Part shown: positions 1 through 13,860 of the stretch, one piece after another
Numbering within the stretch: position 1 is the first letter of the stretch
Layout: each line of letters starts with the position of its first letter
From: Paraspadella gotoi
Taxonomy: Eukaryota; Animalia; Chaetognatha
Assembly (NCBI GenBank): GCA_051294375.1
Contig: CM119269.1
Coordinates: forward strand, 10,584,883-10,648,882
Direction: 5' to 3'
Length of the DNA: 64,000 nt
Made by a program: the position numbers and the translations under genes
Notes under the pieces: generated by a model
What the model was told of the DNA's origin: nothing
The model's input: the letters and a program-made list of their open reading frames with translations, nothing else
Database searches by the model: none

Positions 1-261
1 TTTGTTATAAATTCTGATTCGTTGACGTCCTTGAAGATGTCGCTGCTGTCATTTGATGTATTTAACCGGAGAACGAAGCCTTTTAAACGTTTACAATGTT
101 TGTAATGTAATGCAATGTAATGATTACCCCCAAGTATTCTTTTTATCTAAAGATATTCCACAGTTTTCTTATTTATAAAAATAGGGAGAAAGAGTGAGAG
201 AGTGAAAGAGAAAGAGAAAGAGAGAGAGGGAAAGCAATAAAAGAGGCCCGTGGCGGTCGCC

Positions 262-390
262 GACGACCAAATCGAATCATCGATCATGTCGAGATCCTCG
301 CGCATGCGCGCCAATCGGAGTGAGGTTCGTTTTTGATTCCAGAAACTTGGACCAATCAGAGTCCAACAATAATTTTTTTCGCCAATGATA
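262..390. promoter_or_regulatory. Candidate promoter: NRF1/EWG-type GCGCATGCGC plus three CCAAT boxes in a CpG-rich island
   Basis: gcgcatgcgc at 300-309; ccaat at ~311, ~352 and ~382. The target gene is not identifiable. Confidence 0.3.
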
Positions 391-3300
391 AGTAAGGATA
401 TATACGTATGTACCCGGAGNNNNNNNNNNNNNNNNNNNNNNNNNAAGACGGGCAGATATAACAATTAAAAACAATAAAATTGCATATTTTTAATTCGCCG
501 ACGGGATTTTGCGGTGCAGTTATTTTTTTTTTTGTCGCTTATTATGAGCAACCATAGAAATCCGAAAAAAAGATACTGGTAAGGGTAAAAAAACTTTTAT
601 TACAAAATTCCTAACAACCGTAACCCAATTGCTACGCGTTTTAAAAAATATAATAAAATATTGTTTTTCTTTTCTTTCTTTTCCTTGTTTGTTTATGTAC
701 AACGAGTTTTTATTAGAAACAAATTTTTGGACATGTTTTCGCTTCAAATGTAAACTTTTATTAGCGGCAAAAATGAATTGATTTGTGAAAAATATTTTCA
801 TCAACAGAACTTTGAAAATTTGAAGAAAGAGAGAGAAAAAAAGAGTGAAAATATTTGTTTCACAATCAATTCGTTTTGGCGCTGAGGAAAGTTTACATTA
901 AAGCTGAACATGTCGAAAATTTTGTTTCTTTATGGTTCCGCGTACAAACGTTGCATTTAGGAAAAAACGACTCTTTCCACTATTGTTCAGTTGTACTTAC
1001 AATGTTGATTAACTTTGTCACCACAACACAATTAAGGACCGAACGAAGGATTGGTTAAAACCAACTGCCACCCCATTTCTAATGATAAAATAGTACCATT
1101 TTGGCAAATTTTAGCTCAAAAAAATTATGTCCATTTTTGTTACCATTTTTACTTACGACTTCTGATTTGAATGCCAAGGAAAGTTGAGAAATTTTTTTTA
1201 CTTTTGGAAATCCGTCTTTCTTATCTATTTTCTTTACGCTCTGGTAAGATTTATTAGCTTAACATCATATTATAGTTGCCTAATAATTAATTTAAAGTTA
1301 ACAAGTCCAAAAAGTTGGAGTTTCAATCTTTATCATAATTTGTTAAACAAAAAATAAATCAAAAATTGGTTGAAATTAACAGAAAATGTAGCCTATTGAA
1401 TAAGCTTTTAACCACGCTATAAAATTCCCAAAAACTTTTCTGGTTAGCCACAAATAATTTTTTAAAGACGTCTTTTAATTTTGTGACTTTTTGTGACTTG
1501 CATTTTTTTTGAATAAAGAGAATATTTTCAAACTCATTTATTAGTTTTTAAAAGATGAGGTACATACTGACCTTGATTATCAAAAAAACCGCATCCTTTA
1601 ATCCAACTGGAAAGCATCAGGACTTGTTTTTCTCAAAAATCGACAGATTTTGCCGGAAAAAATTTTACGCAAAATCTGTCGATTTACTAAATTTTGCAGG
1701 CAATCCAAATGAAAGAAAAATCATGCGCTACCATTCCAATTTTCTTTCTTATAATGCTTATTAAAGAACTTTCTTTGATTTGGCTCAATGTAAATGTAGG
1801 TGACAGTGAAGACGAAAGGGAAAACTATAAAAAGAGAAGGGGAGAGAAATGAAAGGAGAGGGTGAGGAGGCAAAAAAAACGAAGCAAATGGGGAAAAAAT
1901 ATGAAACCAATAATTGTTAAGGTAAGAAAGGAGGGGAAAATTGAAGAAAAAAGAGGGGAAAAAAAGGGAAAGAATGAAATGAGAAAAAAGGTGAGGAAAG
2001 TGCATGAGTGACCGAAAAAGGTAGGGGCCAAAAAAATGGTTTTAAGTGACAGCGTGAGAAGTAAGGGCAGGAAAGAAGGAAGAGGAAAATATAAAGTAAG
2101 AGAAGAAAAGAGGTGAAGAAAAATTATCAGGAAAGCGTATGAAAGAAAAAATTGTATCAGATAATGTGGCTCTTAAACTAAAATTTTTGTGTAAGTAAAG
2201 ACACATGAGGATTCTTATAAAGGAATTCGATCTTTAAAAATCATACTGTACATAAAAAATTCAAGCATACTTTTTTCTAAAATTAAGCAGTTAATGAGAT
2301 TAGATTGACAAGGCAATTGAAGAAAATCATGTTCTTACGCGGTATTTTTAACTGCATAGAAATTACACTGGGAAGTTCTAAGTGATAAGAAGGAGATAAC
2401 TTGAGACTAACCGTTTTTTTAAATGAAGAAAGGCTTCGTACTAACCAATGAGATCAAGAAATATGGTAATTATGAAGTTCAGATTTCGTTTGTCCTAAAA
2501 GACACCCGATTGTATCGAAACTTTATAAAACTCATACATAAACAAAAAAATTTCATTTTCTACTCAACTTAAAAAAAAGCAATTAAAATAATTGTAAAAA
2601 ATTTATTATTTATTATATAATTTATAAAATTTGTATTTCTTGATCCCAAAACTGTATTATTTGCGCATATTATTACTTGACTATGCAAGAGGGAAAAACA
2701 AAATATTAACATTCGTATGTCAATAATAAAATAAACTTTTTTTTCACTAAATGGCAATTACAACAGCGAAAAGAGAGAAATCACACAAAAAGGTCTGTTT
2801 AAATAAAAACTGTTTTATATGTTATTATCTCGAATGCCCGCTCAGACATATCGCTTATCAATTATTTGGTAACTTTAGCTATTCGAACGTCCACAACTTT
2901 TAGCTTCGCCACCGGGTTGGTGCTTTTGTTTATGCCATTTTAATTTTGTTATTTTGACAACAATTATTAAAATTCCGTTGCAAAATAAAATAAACTTTTG
3001 TTTTCAACTAATATAAACAGACCATTAGCCTGACGTAGCATAAATGGTCAGAGAGAGAGAAAAAAAAAGAAAGAGGAGAGAGAGAGAGAGACTATAGTTT
3101 TCGCAACATGTGTATAATTTTTTTCAAGTTGAATCTGCTGACGGTCAATGAATGCACAATTATGTCGTCTAGGCGTGACGATGCCAAAGTTGGAACGAGG
3201 ACAGCAAGAGGGCGATCGCCGCGGTCAGCGATCCGACACTCCCACAATCGCATCGCTATCGCGTGCCCATCGTTCGAAGTGGCGAGAATTCGATGAGACT

Positions 3301-5548
3301 CCTCCCTTAAAAAGTTTAAAATATGTTCTTGAGGCAAAATTTCTTAAGATATTGTCTTCTTTTTTTTTTCAAATGCTAGATTGTTTTTTTTAGAGAAAAC
3401 CCAAGTTGGTGAGAGAGGCAGGATACTGGTAATAAGTACAACTAAATATTAAATATAACCTTATATATTATTCAAAGCTATTATACAAATTTATGCGTTC
3501 AAATCACATACTACTTACCTTTCTGCTCTTGGTTACTGCTGTAACACTTTTTGGTCCATCGGAATAATTCGATACGTCCGACTCTTTGGAGACGCAGTTT
3601 GTGAGTCCACGGTAACGCTCCTTCCTTAAAAATACCCAATTAATTTAAAAGTTAGGTTTCGAATTTGTGAAATTTATCCTTTTATTTCACGCACCAGCAA
3701 ATGTTGGCCGTCGCCGTTTAAGTTTAGACGAGGGCAGAAGAGGAATTAAAACACGAAGTTTAAAAAAGTATTAATCCACTTTAAATTATAACGTTAAATG
3801 TCATTGTATACCCGGAAGAACAGCTGTCTCAAGCGGATCAGAGACAAAGGGAAAACAAGTCGCTTCAACGCTCATTGGCGAGCCGATGAAAACAGAAGAA
3901 TACGTTTCTCGTGCGTCACTTGTAAAGTCTTTTATGTACAAATTATATCAATTGTATTTCTAGAATCTACAAAATTGTACCTTTCGTTTGAGGTATATTT
4001 TTCGCCATGGTTTATTGAATTTTAATAATTCGTAAAACTGTATATTTGTTATAATTTTAAACAAACAATCGGATCAAGTGTAAGGGTGAAATGTACATTA
4101 GCTTTCGAATCATATTTCGAGATATTTAAACAATGTATTTTTTCTAATTGTTTGCTCCTAAATTATCAAAAGATAATAAACTATACGTTATGCCACTTTA
4201 CCCTCGTGCAAACTTAAGCACGGGAATGGGTAACTTTTGAGACCTAGAATTAGTGCGTGATCTCGTTGCATGATTCGTATGCGTTTTCGAGAGGAGAGAA
4301 TTCGAGAGAAAAAAGTAAAAACGTCGGCCGATCGAAGAACGGATCACAAGAGCAAAATCTGATAATATTTCTCATTTCCAAAACTTTACATTTAAAAACG
4401 CCATTCTTTGATCTTTCGCAAAACGCGGCAAGTCAGCAAAAGTAACAAGTTTAACTATAATTTCTTTACATAATAAAATAGTTTTACCTGAAGTAAGACA
4501 AAACGTTGGAAACGTTGGGAAGAAATTCAGAGAGAGGCATTGGCTTCGAAGATTTGACAACGGAAGCTCGAGCGCGCTTCTCGAGTTTACTTGTTTCTTA
4601 ATTTTTTAAACAATTTAGGCTGTTCTTTATTACGGCGGAGAGTAATAAAGATGTTTTTTAAATGGTAGTAAAATTTAAAAAAAATAATTTTTTTTAAAAA
4701 TAAAAAACGATTTTCGGATTTCAGAAAATTTTTTCAACAGCTGTCTAATTCTAAAATGACTCTTATTGGTTATTTTCATTTTTTTGACTCCGTCAGCCAA
4801 TCATATTGGCGTTTTTTTTTGATCACGTGAAGCGCGGCGGCAATTTTAATCAAATCTTCTGAAGATGAAATGTTTGACGAAATTCTGTAATATATTAAAC
4901 TTCCGTGCTAAACTATCGCAATAATTTTAATGTTTTTCTATTTTTTCACATAATTTACTATACGGTCAATGAAATTAGATAGCAGCAATTGCTCTAGTTT
5001 TGACTTATTTCCGCCTAATACGTAATGTTAACCTGACGGAGGTTAAAAATACGCTCCCCTCTCTCTCTCTCTCTCTCTCGTCTCTCTCATCTTCTCTCCT
5101 CTCTCTCTCATCTCTCTCTCTCTCTCTCTCTCTATCTCATCTCTTCTCTCTCTCTCTCTCAAGCGCGCGCGCCAATGGCCTCAACGTTTCCGGACAATTT
5201 TCTGAACATTTCGGCCGATGGCGTGTCGCGATAAGATTCAAAATGTCGTAGAGAGACTCTGTTCTATCGACCAATGAGCGTCTGCGATTCACCTTAACTT
5301 TCGGCCATGCGTCATGGTCATTGGTCATAGTAGAACCCAGAGTCACTAATGACGTTAGACCCCTTTTTCCTTTCCTTTTAAAGGGAGTAACTTCCTTTTT
5401 CCGATTTTGTCCTTTGCTTTTTGAACTCAAAATGGTGGACCAGGGATGGCAACTGCGTCTTTTATTCGAATTTCTTTCTTTTCTTTTCTTTTCTTTTCTT
5501 TTCTTTTCTTTTCTTTTCTTTTCTTTTCTTTTCTTTTCTTTTCTTTTC

Positions 5549-5579
<31 letters not shown>

Positions 5580-6751
5580 CTTTTCATTTATTCTCTTTTC
5601 TTTTTATTTCCTTTTTTGTTTTCTTTTCATTTTATTTCTTTTCTTTTCGTCTTTCCTTCCTCTCTCAACCTCCAAACCTCCCTTTATACTTTTCCTCGTT
5701 TCCTCCCCTCACTCCTTTTTCTCTCTTACTCTTCCTCCTCCTGGAAAAAGTGTCCTTCAAGTTTTCTACGACTGAATTGCCATCCTCTATACATATCATT
5801 CGTCCGATATGCGTAACAAGATTTTTTAATAATTTCAGTTACGACCGGCGATTCTTTCCCGGCAACCGTGGTCGAAACTGTCTTGTTTTCTTCCGATCCG
5901 GGACCCATGGAAGAACTTCTTGATGACCTTGTACTCCGGCAGCGTCATCGGCTGCGGCTGCGGCGGCGGCGGCGGCAATTGCGGCTTCCGCGGCGTCCGC
6001 TTCCGTATCGTCTGCTTTAGTTAAGACAGCAAGATTCGATCCGAATCGGAAGGAGCTCCTGACGAGAATTTCTTCTCATAAGAACTGCGATTAATTAATC
6101 AGCGACCCTTAAACATTTAATCACTTCCTTGACCATCGACGACGCTGTAATCCTTAGGAATATCGAAATCGGTTCTCAGGATCGTGGAATCGATTCGGAA
6201 ACGTTCTCCCCTAATTGAGAATTGTTCTTTTCGAGGAGAAGAAGACGTTGACGTAAAATCGTTTGGGAACGAAGCAAAGGTGAAAGACTTTGCTAACCAA
6301 GAGTGAATTTAAACTCGGTTAAAATTTCTGCTGTCCAAAAGAATAAGTAGAGAACCATGTCGGGACACGAATGAGAAACTTATATTCAGCTAAAGGGTGA
6401 AGCGAAAATTTTTAAAGCACAAGTGTGAAGCGAATTTACAGCGCAGGTGACGCAAATTTTTGGTCGTTATGTGGCCGCAATAACTGAAGAGGAAAAAGTC
6501 GAGGCCATTTTTGGGCTCGTAAGGAAAAAAAGAGAGAATCGAGAAGAGAGAAAGAAAAAAAGGAAAAAAAAGAGAGAACGAAAAAGGCGCCTTTTTTTTA
6601 TTTCTTCGACCGCGGACCGCTCGCCATTTTTTTTTTTTTGATGGAGGAACGGTTTTGTCTTTGGATACCGAAACAAGTTTAGGCAGTGACAACATGAGCT
6701 GTTTGGCTTCGAATTTGACGTTTCTGAGATCAAACTGGTTACAACTAATAC

Positions 6752-8784
6752 CGCGTCGGTTCCATTGGGATTCCTCCCCATAGGATCCTCCACGCGGGAT
6801 TCCTCCCACGCGGTGATTCCTCCCACACGGGTTTCCTCCCACAACGCGCGATTCCTCCCCAAGGGATTTCCTTCCCAATGGAATTGCTCCCACACGGGAT
6901 TCCTCCCAAAGGAATTCTCTCCGCACACGGGAATTCCTCCCTAAAGGAATTCCTACCCACGCGCGGATTCCTCCCCACGGGTTTCCTCCCCACAGAATTC
7001 CTCTCCATGGAATTCCTTCCCAAGCGGGATTCCTCCCACGCGGGTATTCCTTCCCACACGGGATTCCTCCCATGCGGGAATTCCTCCCACACGGCATTCC
7101 TCCCACACGAGCATTCCTCCCACACGCAGATTCCTCCCACACGGAATTCCTCCCACGCCCGGGATTCCTCCCATGCGGGATTCTCCCAGCACTGGATACC
7201 TCCCACGCGGGATTTCCTCCCACACGGCGATTCCTCCCACGCGCGTTGATTCCTCCACACGGTATTCCTCCCACGCGGGATTCCTCCCACACGGATTCCT
7301 CCACGCGATTCCTCCCACCGGGATTTCTCCCATGCGGCGGATTCCTCCACGCGGCGATTCCTCCCACACGGATTCCTCCCACGCGGGATTCCTCCCACAC
7401 GGTATTCCTCCCACACGGGATTCCTCCCACGCGCGATTTCCTCTCACACAGGATTCCTCCACGCGAGATTTCTTCCACGGTCCAATAAAAAAATACGAAG
7501 TTTGAGCAAACAATGTCGATCTGCCTACGATAATTAAGTGGTAATAAGCTAACTTGCTCAACTTGATAATTTAATCAACTGCATTATTTGGTCACAGGCA
7601 TAATTTTGGTCAACTGCATAATTTGGTTACCTGCAGAATTGCGTCCAACTGCATATTTTGTCAATGCCATAATTTGGGTCAATCAATCAATCCAATTAAT
7701 CAGGAGAGACGATAGAGAGAGAGAAACTTTAAAAAATTTCAAATAAATGTGTCTTTTAGCGTTTTTCTAATTTGAACTCTTTTCCACAACTACGATTACA
7801 TCAAAAAAAATTTATATTCAGCTTTATCACATCTTTTGCCCTACCCACACACAAAATTTTATATTAATGCATATCAATTTTTTTCCTTGAAAACCAAGAA
7901 CATGCAACAAGAAAGTTAACACAATTTAAGGGAGGAATCCCGACTGTGGGAGGGAATCCGCATGCTGGGAGATCCCGTGTGGTAGGAATCCTGCGTGGAG
8001 AATCCCGTCGTCTTGGGAGGAAACCTGTCGGTGGGAGAAAATTTCCAGCCGTGGGGGAGGAATTCCTGTGATAGGGAGGAATCCCTGTTGCGGAGGAATC
8101 CCGTGTGTTGGAAGAGGGAATCCCGCGTGGGAGGAAATCCCGTGTGGGAGGAATCCCGGACCTCTGTGGGTAGGAATTCCCGCTGTGGGCAGTAATCCCG
8201 CGTGCGGAGGAATCCCGTTTGGGAGTAATCCCGCGTGGCGGAGGAATCCCGTGTGCGGAGGAATCCCGTGTGGAAGGAATCCCGAATACCGGTGGGAGGA
8301 AATCCCTGCGTGGTAGGAATCCCGCGTGAAGGATCCCGTGTGGGAGGAAATCCCGCGTCGGGAGGTAATCCCCGTGTGGGAGGAATTCCCGCGTGGGAGG
8401 AATCCCGGTGGTGGGAGGAATCCTGCGTGGGTGGAATCCCGTGTGGGAGGAATCCCGTGTTGTGGCGAGGAATCCTGGCGTGGAGGAATCCATGTGGGAG
8501 CAATCCCGCGTGTTAGGAATTCTTTGGGGAGGAATCCCGTGTGGAGGGAATCCCGTGTGCGGAGGATATTCTATGGGGAGGAATTCCATGGGGCAGGAAT
8601 CCCGTGTGGGCAGGGAATTCCTTGGCGGAGGAATTCCAGTGTGGAGGAATCCCGCGGGGATATCCCGTTGGTGGAGGAATCCCGTGTGGGAGGAATCCCA
8701 TGGGGAGGATCCCGCATGGAGGAATCCCGTGTGGGAGGATCCAGGTTGGGAGCAATCCCGTGTGGGAGGAATACCACAGCCACC
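6752..8784. mobile_element. Foldback-like element: two inversely oriented tandem arrays of a ~16-bp unit (GGATTCCTCCCACACG) around a ~450-bp spacer
   Basis: 6766-7478 consists of GGATTCCTCCCACACG-type units; 7930-8775 consists of the reverse complement CGTGTGGGAGGAATCC. The long ORFs here are repeat artefacts. Confidence 0.65.
7575..7683 (+). repeat. Short tandem repeat (~19-20 bp, CAACTGCATAATTTGGT-like) inside the foldback spacer
   Basis: About five degenerate copies of caactgcat(a/t)atttggt. The preceding aagtttgagcaaacaatg...gatctgcc (7498-7530) recurs at 55373-55402. Confidence 0.6.
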
Positions 8785-9465
8785 CTCGTCTACATATACT
8801 TAAAAAAAAAATTAAATTAAAATTGGATCATCCGTTTAGGACAAGATAAGATTTAAACACTAACCTTTTTTTTATATTATTTAACATTTCTTGTAGGTAG
8901 CTTAAAAATGAAAAGAAAATCTGATAATAGATATCCGGACGCGATAGTAATAAAATTAGACATATATATTTCTTTTTTTTTAATTTATTTTTCTTATATA
9001 ATTTTTTATAATATTTTTATAAGTATCTGGAATTTAAAGTTATAAAATGGCGAGTCTTTGTTTTTTCCACAAGAGTGCTATAAAAGTTATCAAATATCCA
9101 TTCATTCAATATATAATATATTAATATTCCTAAACTATCTTGTCCCCCTACATTTGGACAGGCTTTGAATGGCTTATTGAGCAAAAGGAATCGCGTCTCT
9201 TGGCGATCAGAATCTCGCATTTAATGTCGCTACCNNNNNNNNNNNNNNNNNNNNNNNNNATATAAGAAAAATAAATTAAAAAAAAAAGAAATATATATGT
9301 CTAACTTTTATTACTATCCGTCCGGATATCTATTATAATTTTCTTTTCATTTTTAAGCTACTACAAGAAATGTAAAATAATATAAAAAAAGGTTAGTGTT
9401 AAATCTATCTGTCCTAAACGGATGATCCAATTTTAATTTATTTTTTTTAAGTATATGTAGACGAG

Positions 9466-9752
9466 CATTGCGTAAGTTCACCCCACCTATAAGGATGGGG
9501 GCTCATTGAGTAATGCCATCAGCTCATGACCACTAGGTACCGCGTTCAATCCCAACCCGGTACCTACCCTGCGGGAAACGTGAGGACGGCCGTAAGCTGC
9601 CTTGAGCCTAGTTCCAAGCCCAAGACCCATTCCATGGCTGCTAGAGAGGTTAAAGAAGTAATACTCTTCTACCCCACTTAGTGCCTTATCCACATATATA
9701 TGGTATTTTTTAAAGTCTGAAATAAAGTGGCGCAATTTTTTTGCACATGACC
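9466..9752. mobile_element. Composite ~290-bp insertion: tRNA-derived SINE-like fragment plus a Tc1/mariner-like terminus
   Basis: Plus 9494-9560 has tRNA-like A-box/B-box features (GGCTCATTGAGTAA...GTTCAATCCC). The minus-strand end reads TACGGTCATGTGCAAAAAAATTGCGCCAC, resembling Tc1-family TIR starts. Confidence 0.35.
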
Positions 9753-12700
9753 GTATTAGTTGTACCAAACTAAATTAAACTAAACTCAAATCGAAGCCAA
9801 CAGCTCATGCTGTCACTTCCTAAACTTGTTCGGTATCCAAAGACAAAACCGTCCTCCATCAAAAAAAAAAATGGCGGCGGTCGCGGTCGAGAAATAAAAA
9901 AAGGCGCCTTTTCGTTCTCTCTTTTTTTCTTACGAGCCCAAAAATGGCCTTCGACTTTTCTCTTCAGTTATTGCGGCCACAAACGACCAAAAATTTGCGT
10001 CACCCTGCGCTGTAATATTCGCTTCACACTGTGCTTTAAAATTCGCTTCACCCTTTAGCTGAAAATAAGTTTCTCATTCGTGTCCGACATGGTTCTCTAC
10101 TTATTCTTTTGACATAGAAATTTAAGTTTAAATTCACTCTTAGTTACAAAGTCTTTTCACCCTTGGTATGTAGCAATATATTCGTTTTGCTTTAATTATG
10201 CTNNNNNNNNNNNNNNNNNNNNNNNNNTTAATATCTTTAAATTCCTAATACTTAAATTCGCATCATCAGCGTCGGTTTTGCGACTTTCGTCGGTACAAGA
10301 CGACCGACGGGAAAAACGACGACGCATGACGCACGACGACCAGAGATATCCATAACGCCGCCCTACGACCCTCGTTAAGAAGCGGCGTAGTCCAAAGTGG
10401 GCCCCCCTGAGATGGCGCCCCGCCGGTTCGTAAACGGCGTCTTCGGCGTCGCCCGAAAACCTCTCAGCCCTTTTCTCGATTCTGCCCTTTCCTCTCGGCG
10501 CGTGGGCGTTGGGGTTCCCGAAAAAACAAGCGTCTAACTACCGACATTTTGGGGACGCCGATTCTTCACGCTCCGAGTGTGCAAACGTAGGTGAGTGTAA
10601 AAGCCGGCCATACTTGTGCAAAACCCATTTAAGCGATGAGGGTGAGTGAAATAGGAGAAATAAATTCTTAAAGCATAAAAGATTCGGAGCGCTTTCGCCT
10701 AGTAACCAACATAATTGATGCGCTGATACACCACAATTATTGATGCACGATTCGTTAACCAATATTGACCGCGATGATAACCAATAATGATGCGATCGAT
10801 AACAAAATGACTGATGTGCATGATAATCAATGATTAGAATTGCGATGAAAGTCATTCATTGATGATGATGATCAATCATTCATTGATACGATGATAGTCA
10901 TTCTTGGATGCGATGATAGTCGGATTCATTGACGCGCTGAAATCATTCATCCTATAATAAACAACAAATGCGTGTATGAGTGGAGAGAGAGAGAGAGACC
11001 GAGAGAGAGAGACGAGAACGAGAGAGGGAGAGAGAGAGAAGGAGAGAGGCTGGCAGTTTCCTCCTGACCAAACGAAACTTCCTCTTAGGTCCTCTCTCGT
11101 TGTATATAAAGAATAATCAGAATTTTTAGAAAAATCCACGAAAATCTCGGATCGTAATTTGTGATTTTCTCATGAGAAAAAAGCGCGGAATAAATGGCCG
11201 TAATAACAGCTTTTGTACGAGGAAAAAAAAAAAGAGAGAGAGAGGAGAGAGGAGAGAGGGGAGAGAGAGAGAGCGCTAGAGAGAGAGAGAAAGAGGAGCG
11301 GAGGGCTGAGAGTTGAGAAAGAGAGAGAGAGGTCTTTCCCACCAAAACGAGACGGCATTATTAAGGTCACTCTCGTTTATATCCGGTCTATCCGTTTGCC
11401 TCCGCAACGGCGTCCGTTGAAATGGGTCCTATTTGATTTTTCTTTTATACACGTACGCAGTTATTAGGCGTCATGTTCCTCCAACCATTGTTTACTTGTT
11501 GCTCCCGCAACGACCACGAAATCTAGGCTTAGTAGTTATTATGTTATTTTGGGATTTTTGTATTGAGGATAAAATAATAAATGGCGATAATAAAGTTTTT
11601 AGATAGAACAAAATCCACCGAAAATCTCGAATCTAAAATGGCGATAGCTAAAAGGTTTTTAGAAGGAAAAAAAAGAGAGAGAAAGAGAGAGCACGAGAGA
11701 GACGAGAGCAGAGAGAAGGAGAAAGAGAGATAGAGGGAGAGGAACAAACAAAGATTTGTTCTTTTTAGGAAAACCAGACGAGGTCAAATTTAATCATTTG
11801 CATTACTTTAATTAATTTATAAATAGTTCATCACAGCTCAAATAACATTATTATTCAAAAACAAAAGGTTAAAAATGATTAAATACCTATACACTAAAAA
11901 TATTTATAAATGAATACATAGTACAAATTACTCAGGCAATTAACCAAAAAACAGTATGTTTGAATTTGACTATATCTCTCTTATCCAACCTCCTTATTTT
12001 TAAGAATTAACTTTGCCAATAGGTGGGCCAACCCGCTGTCAAAGCTCTGCATAAATAAATAAACGACAAAACTTCTTTTTTTTAATGTCGCATGCATCGC
12101 CAATTTATATTATTCGAGCGAGAAAGTGCTGGGCATATATAATAGAGTCAATTCAGCTGATTATATGTGATACATCGGCATTATCTCTTATAAGTTATTC
12201 TTCATTCTTTTTTTAAAAAACACTAATTAACGAGAGAGAAGAGAGAGAGAAAAAGAAAAACCCGACACTTTCTCTGCCAATTATATCGTCAGATATAAAT
12301 TTGGGATTTTTTCATGAAAAAAAGCCGCCCGGAAATAATGGCGGATAACTAAAAAGTTTTTTGGAAGGAAAAAAAAAATAAATCAGAATTTCATTCAAAA
12401 ACGAACGATCGTACAGAGTCGAGAGATACAGAAAGACCAGCAAAGATGACAAAGCGACAGACAAGAAAGAGAAACGCTGGGAAGCCTCAGACCCCTGAAC
12501 ACGTCACTGCACGAACCTGAACTCGCTTTTTTAAGCGGATTCAGACCACAAAGCAGCAAAACTGACAGATATGTAGGAAAGAAAACTCTTATATATTAAT
12601 TCTTAAAGAAATCAAAAGGAAAAGGGGCCCCCAAAATATGTTCAATGTCTTACAACCTTGGAAATTTTTTCCAACTTTTTCCAATTCGACGCTCCTTGCT

Positions 12701-13209
12701 AAAGACTTTAATTTATATTGTAATTAAAATTAAGATATAGGCTTCTCATTAAACAAAATCCTTTGAGTTTCCCCGATTTATTATTAAAATTTAAAAACAA
12801 TTTATTTTGAATTTCATCCTTCTTCATATTATTATCACTCTGCAACTATGTTAAATTAGATTTAAGCATTTCTACTTATACTAGATTTGGATAATTATAT
12901 AAGGAAGGTACTTTAATCTCATTTTCGCATATTGCCAGTAAATCATACTGACAGTTGGCAAATTCAAAAAAAAAAATCACTTTTAAATCCAATGTAATGA
13001 TTGAACAATATCACAGCCTTATTTCGAACGATCGAAAGCCATATCTAAATGTTGTAACGCTTACTACTGATCGCACACTTTTGTAAAACTTCTTTCTATA
13101 ATCATACATATTTCTTATTTATAAATAAAAACCCGGGTAACGTCCCAAGCCAAAACCCATATAAAAAGCGTCCATAGTAGGCTTCTTTACTATATGACAA
13201 CACAGACCC

Positions 13210-13860
13210 CGTGACGGACGACGACGCGACACGACGACGAACTCCGACGCACGACGGACGAGCGACGACGACGCACGACGACGCCGAGACGGGGGCGGGG
13301 GCTCGGGGGCGGGGTGCCAGACGGCGACCGACCCTGTCTGACCGAACGCACGGACCACCCGGACCACGACTCGCCTACGAGCCGACGACATCGACGACGA
13401 CGACGGACGACCGGACGGGCTCGTACCCTTGGACCCAGCCGATCCGAACCACCACACACACCGCACACTCAACCACACAACCACACACAGACATCACACA
13501 ACCCTCACACACACCACACACACACCAACCACCACACCACACTCTATCCACCTATATGTAATCCAGCCGCACACCAGCACCATCACACGCACCTATATCA
13601 ACCACACCCCAACCACACACACACCACACAAACACCACACACACCACACCACACACACACACAACACCACACAACACACACACACACTACGACACACACA
13701 CACAGCGACCACAATGCACACACCACAACACCTATCACAGCCTACCACACACACCACACACACACACACACACAGCACACAACCACACACACCACACACC
13801 ACACACACACACCACCCACACACACACACACACCAAACCACACCACGACAGCAACCCGTC
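13210..13860. repeat. Noisy (GAC)n and (CA)n low-complexity tract
   Basis: Imperfect CA/CCA repeats; the His/Thr- and Cys/Val-rich ORFs are artefacts. Confidence 0.85.

Noticed and set aside
1637-1685. 17-bp perfect inverted repeat (aaatcgacagattttgc)
   Set aside because: Isolated, with no context or second copy in the window to support a function.
4855-4892. Hammerhead-like CTGAAGA...CGAAA
   Set aside because: Stems I, II and III cannot be formed convincingly.
6766-8775. CRISPR-like appearance and long overlapping ORFs (up to 362 aa) in the GGATTCCTCCC arrays
   Set aside because: Units are contiguous with no unique spacers, there are no cas genes, and the context is eukaryotic. The ORFs arise because the unit lacks stop codons.
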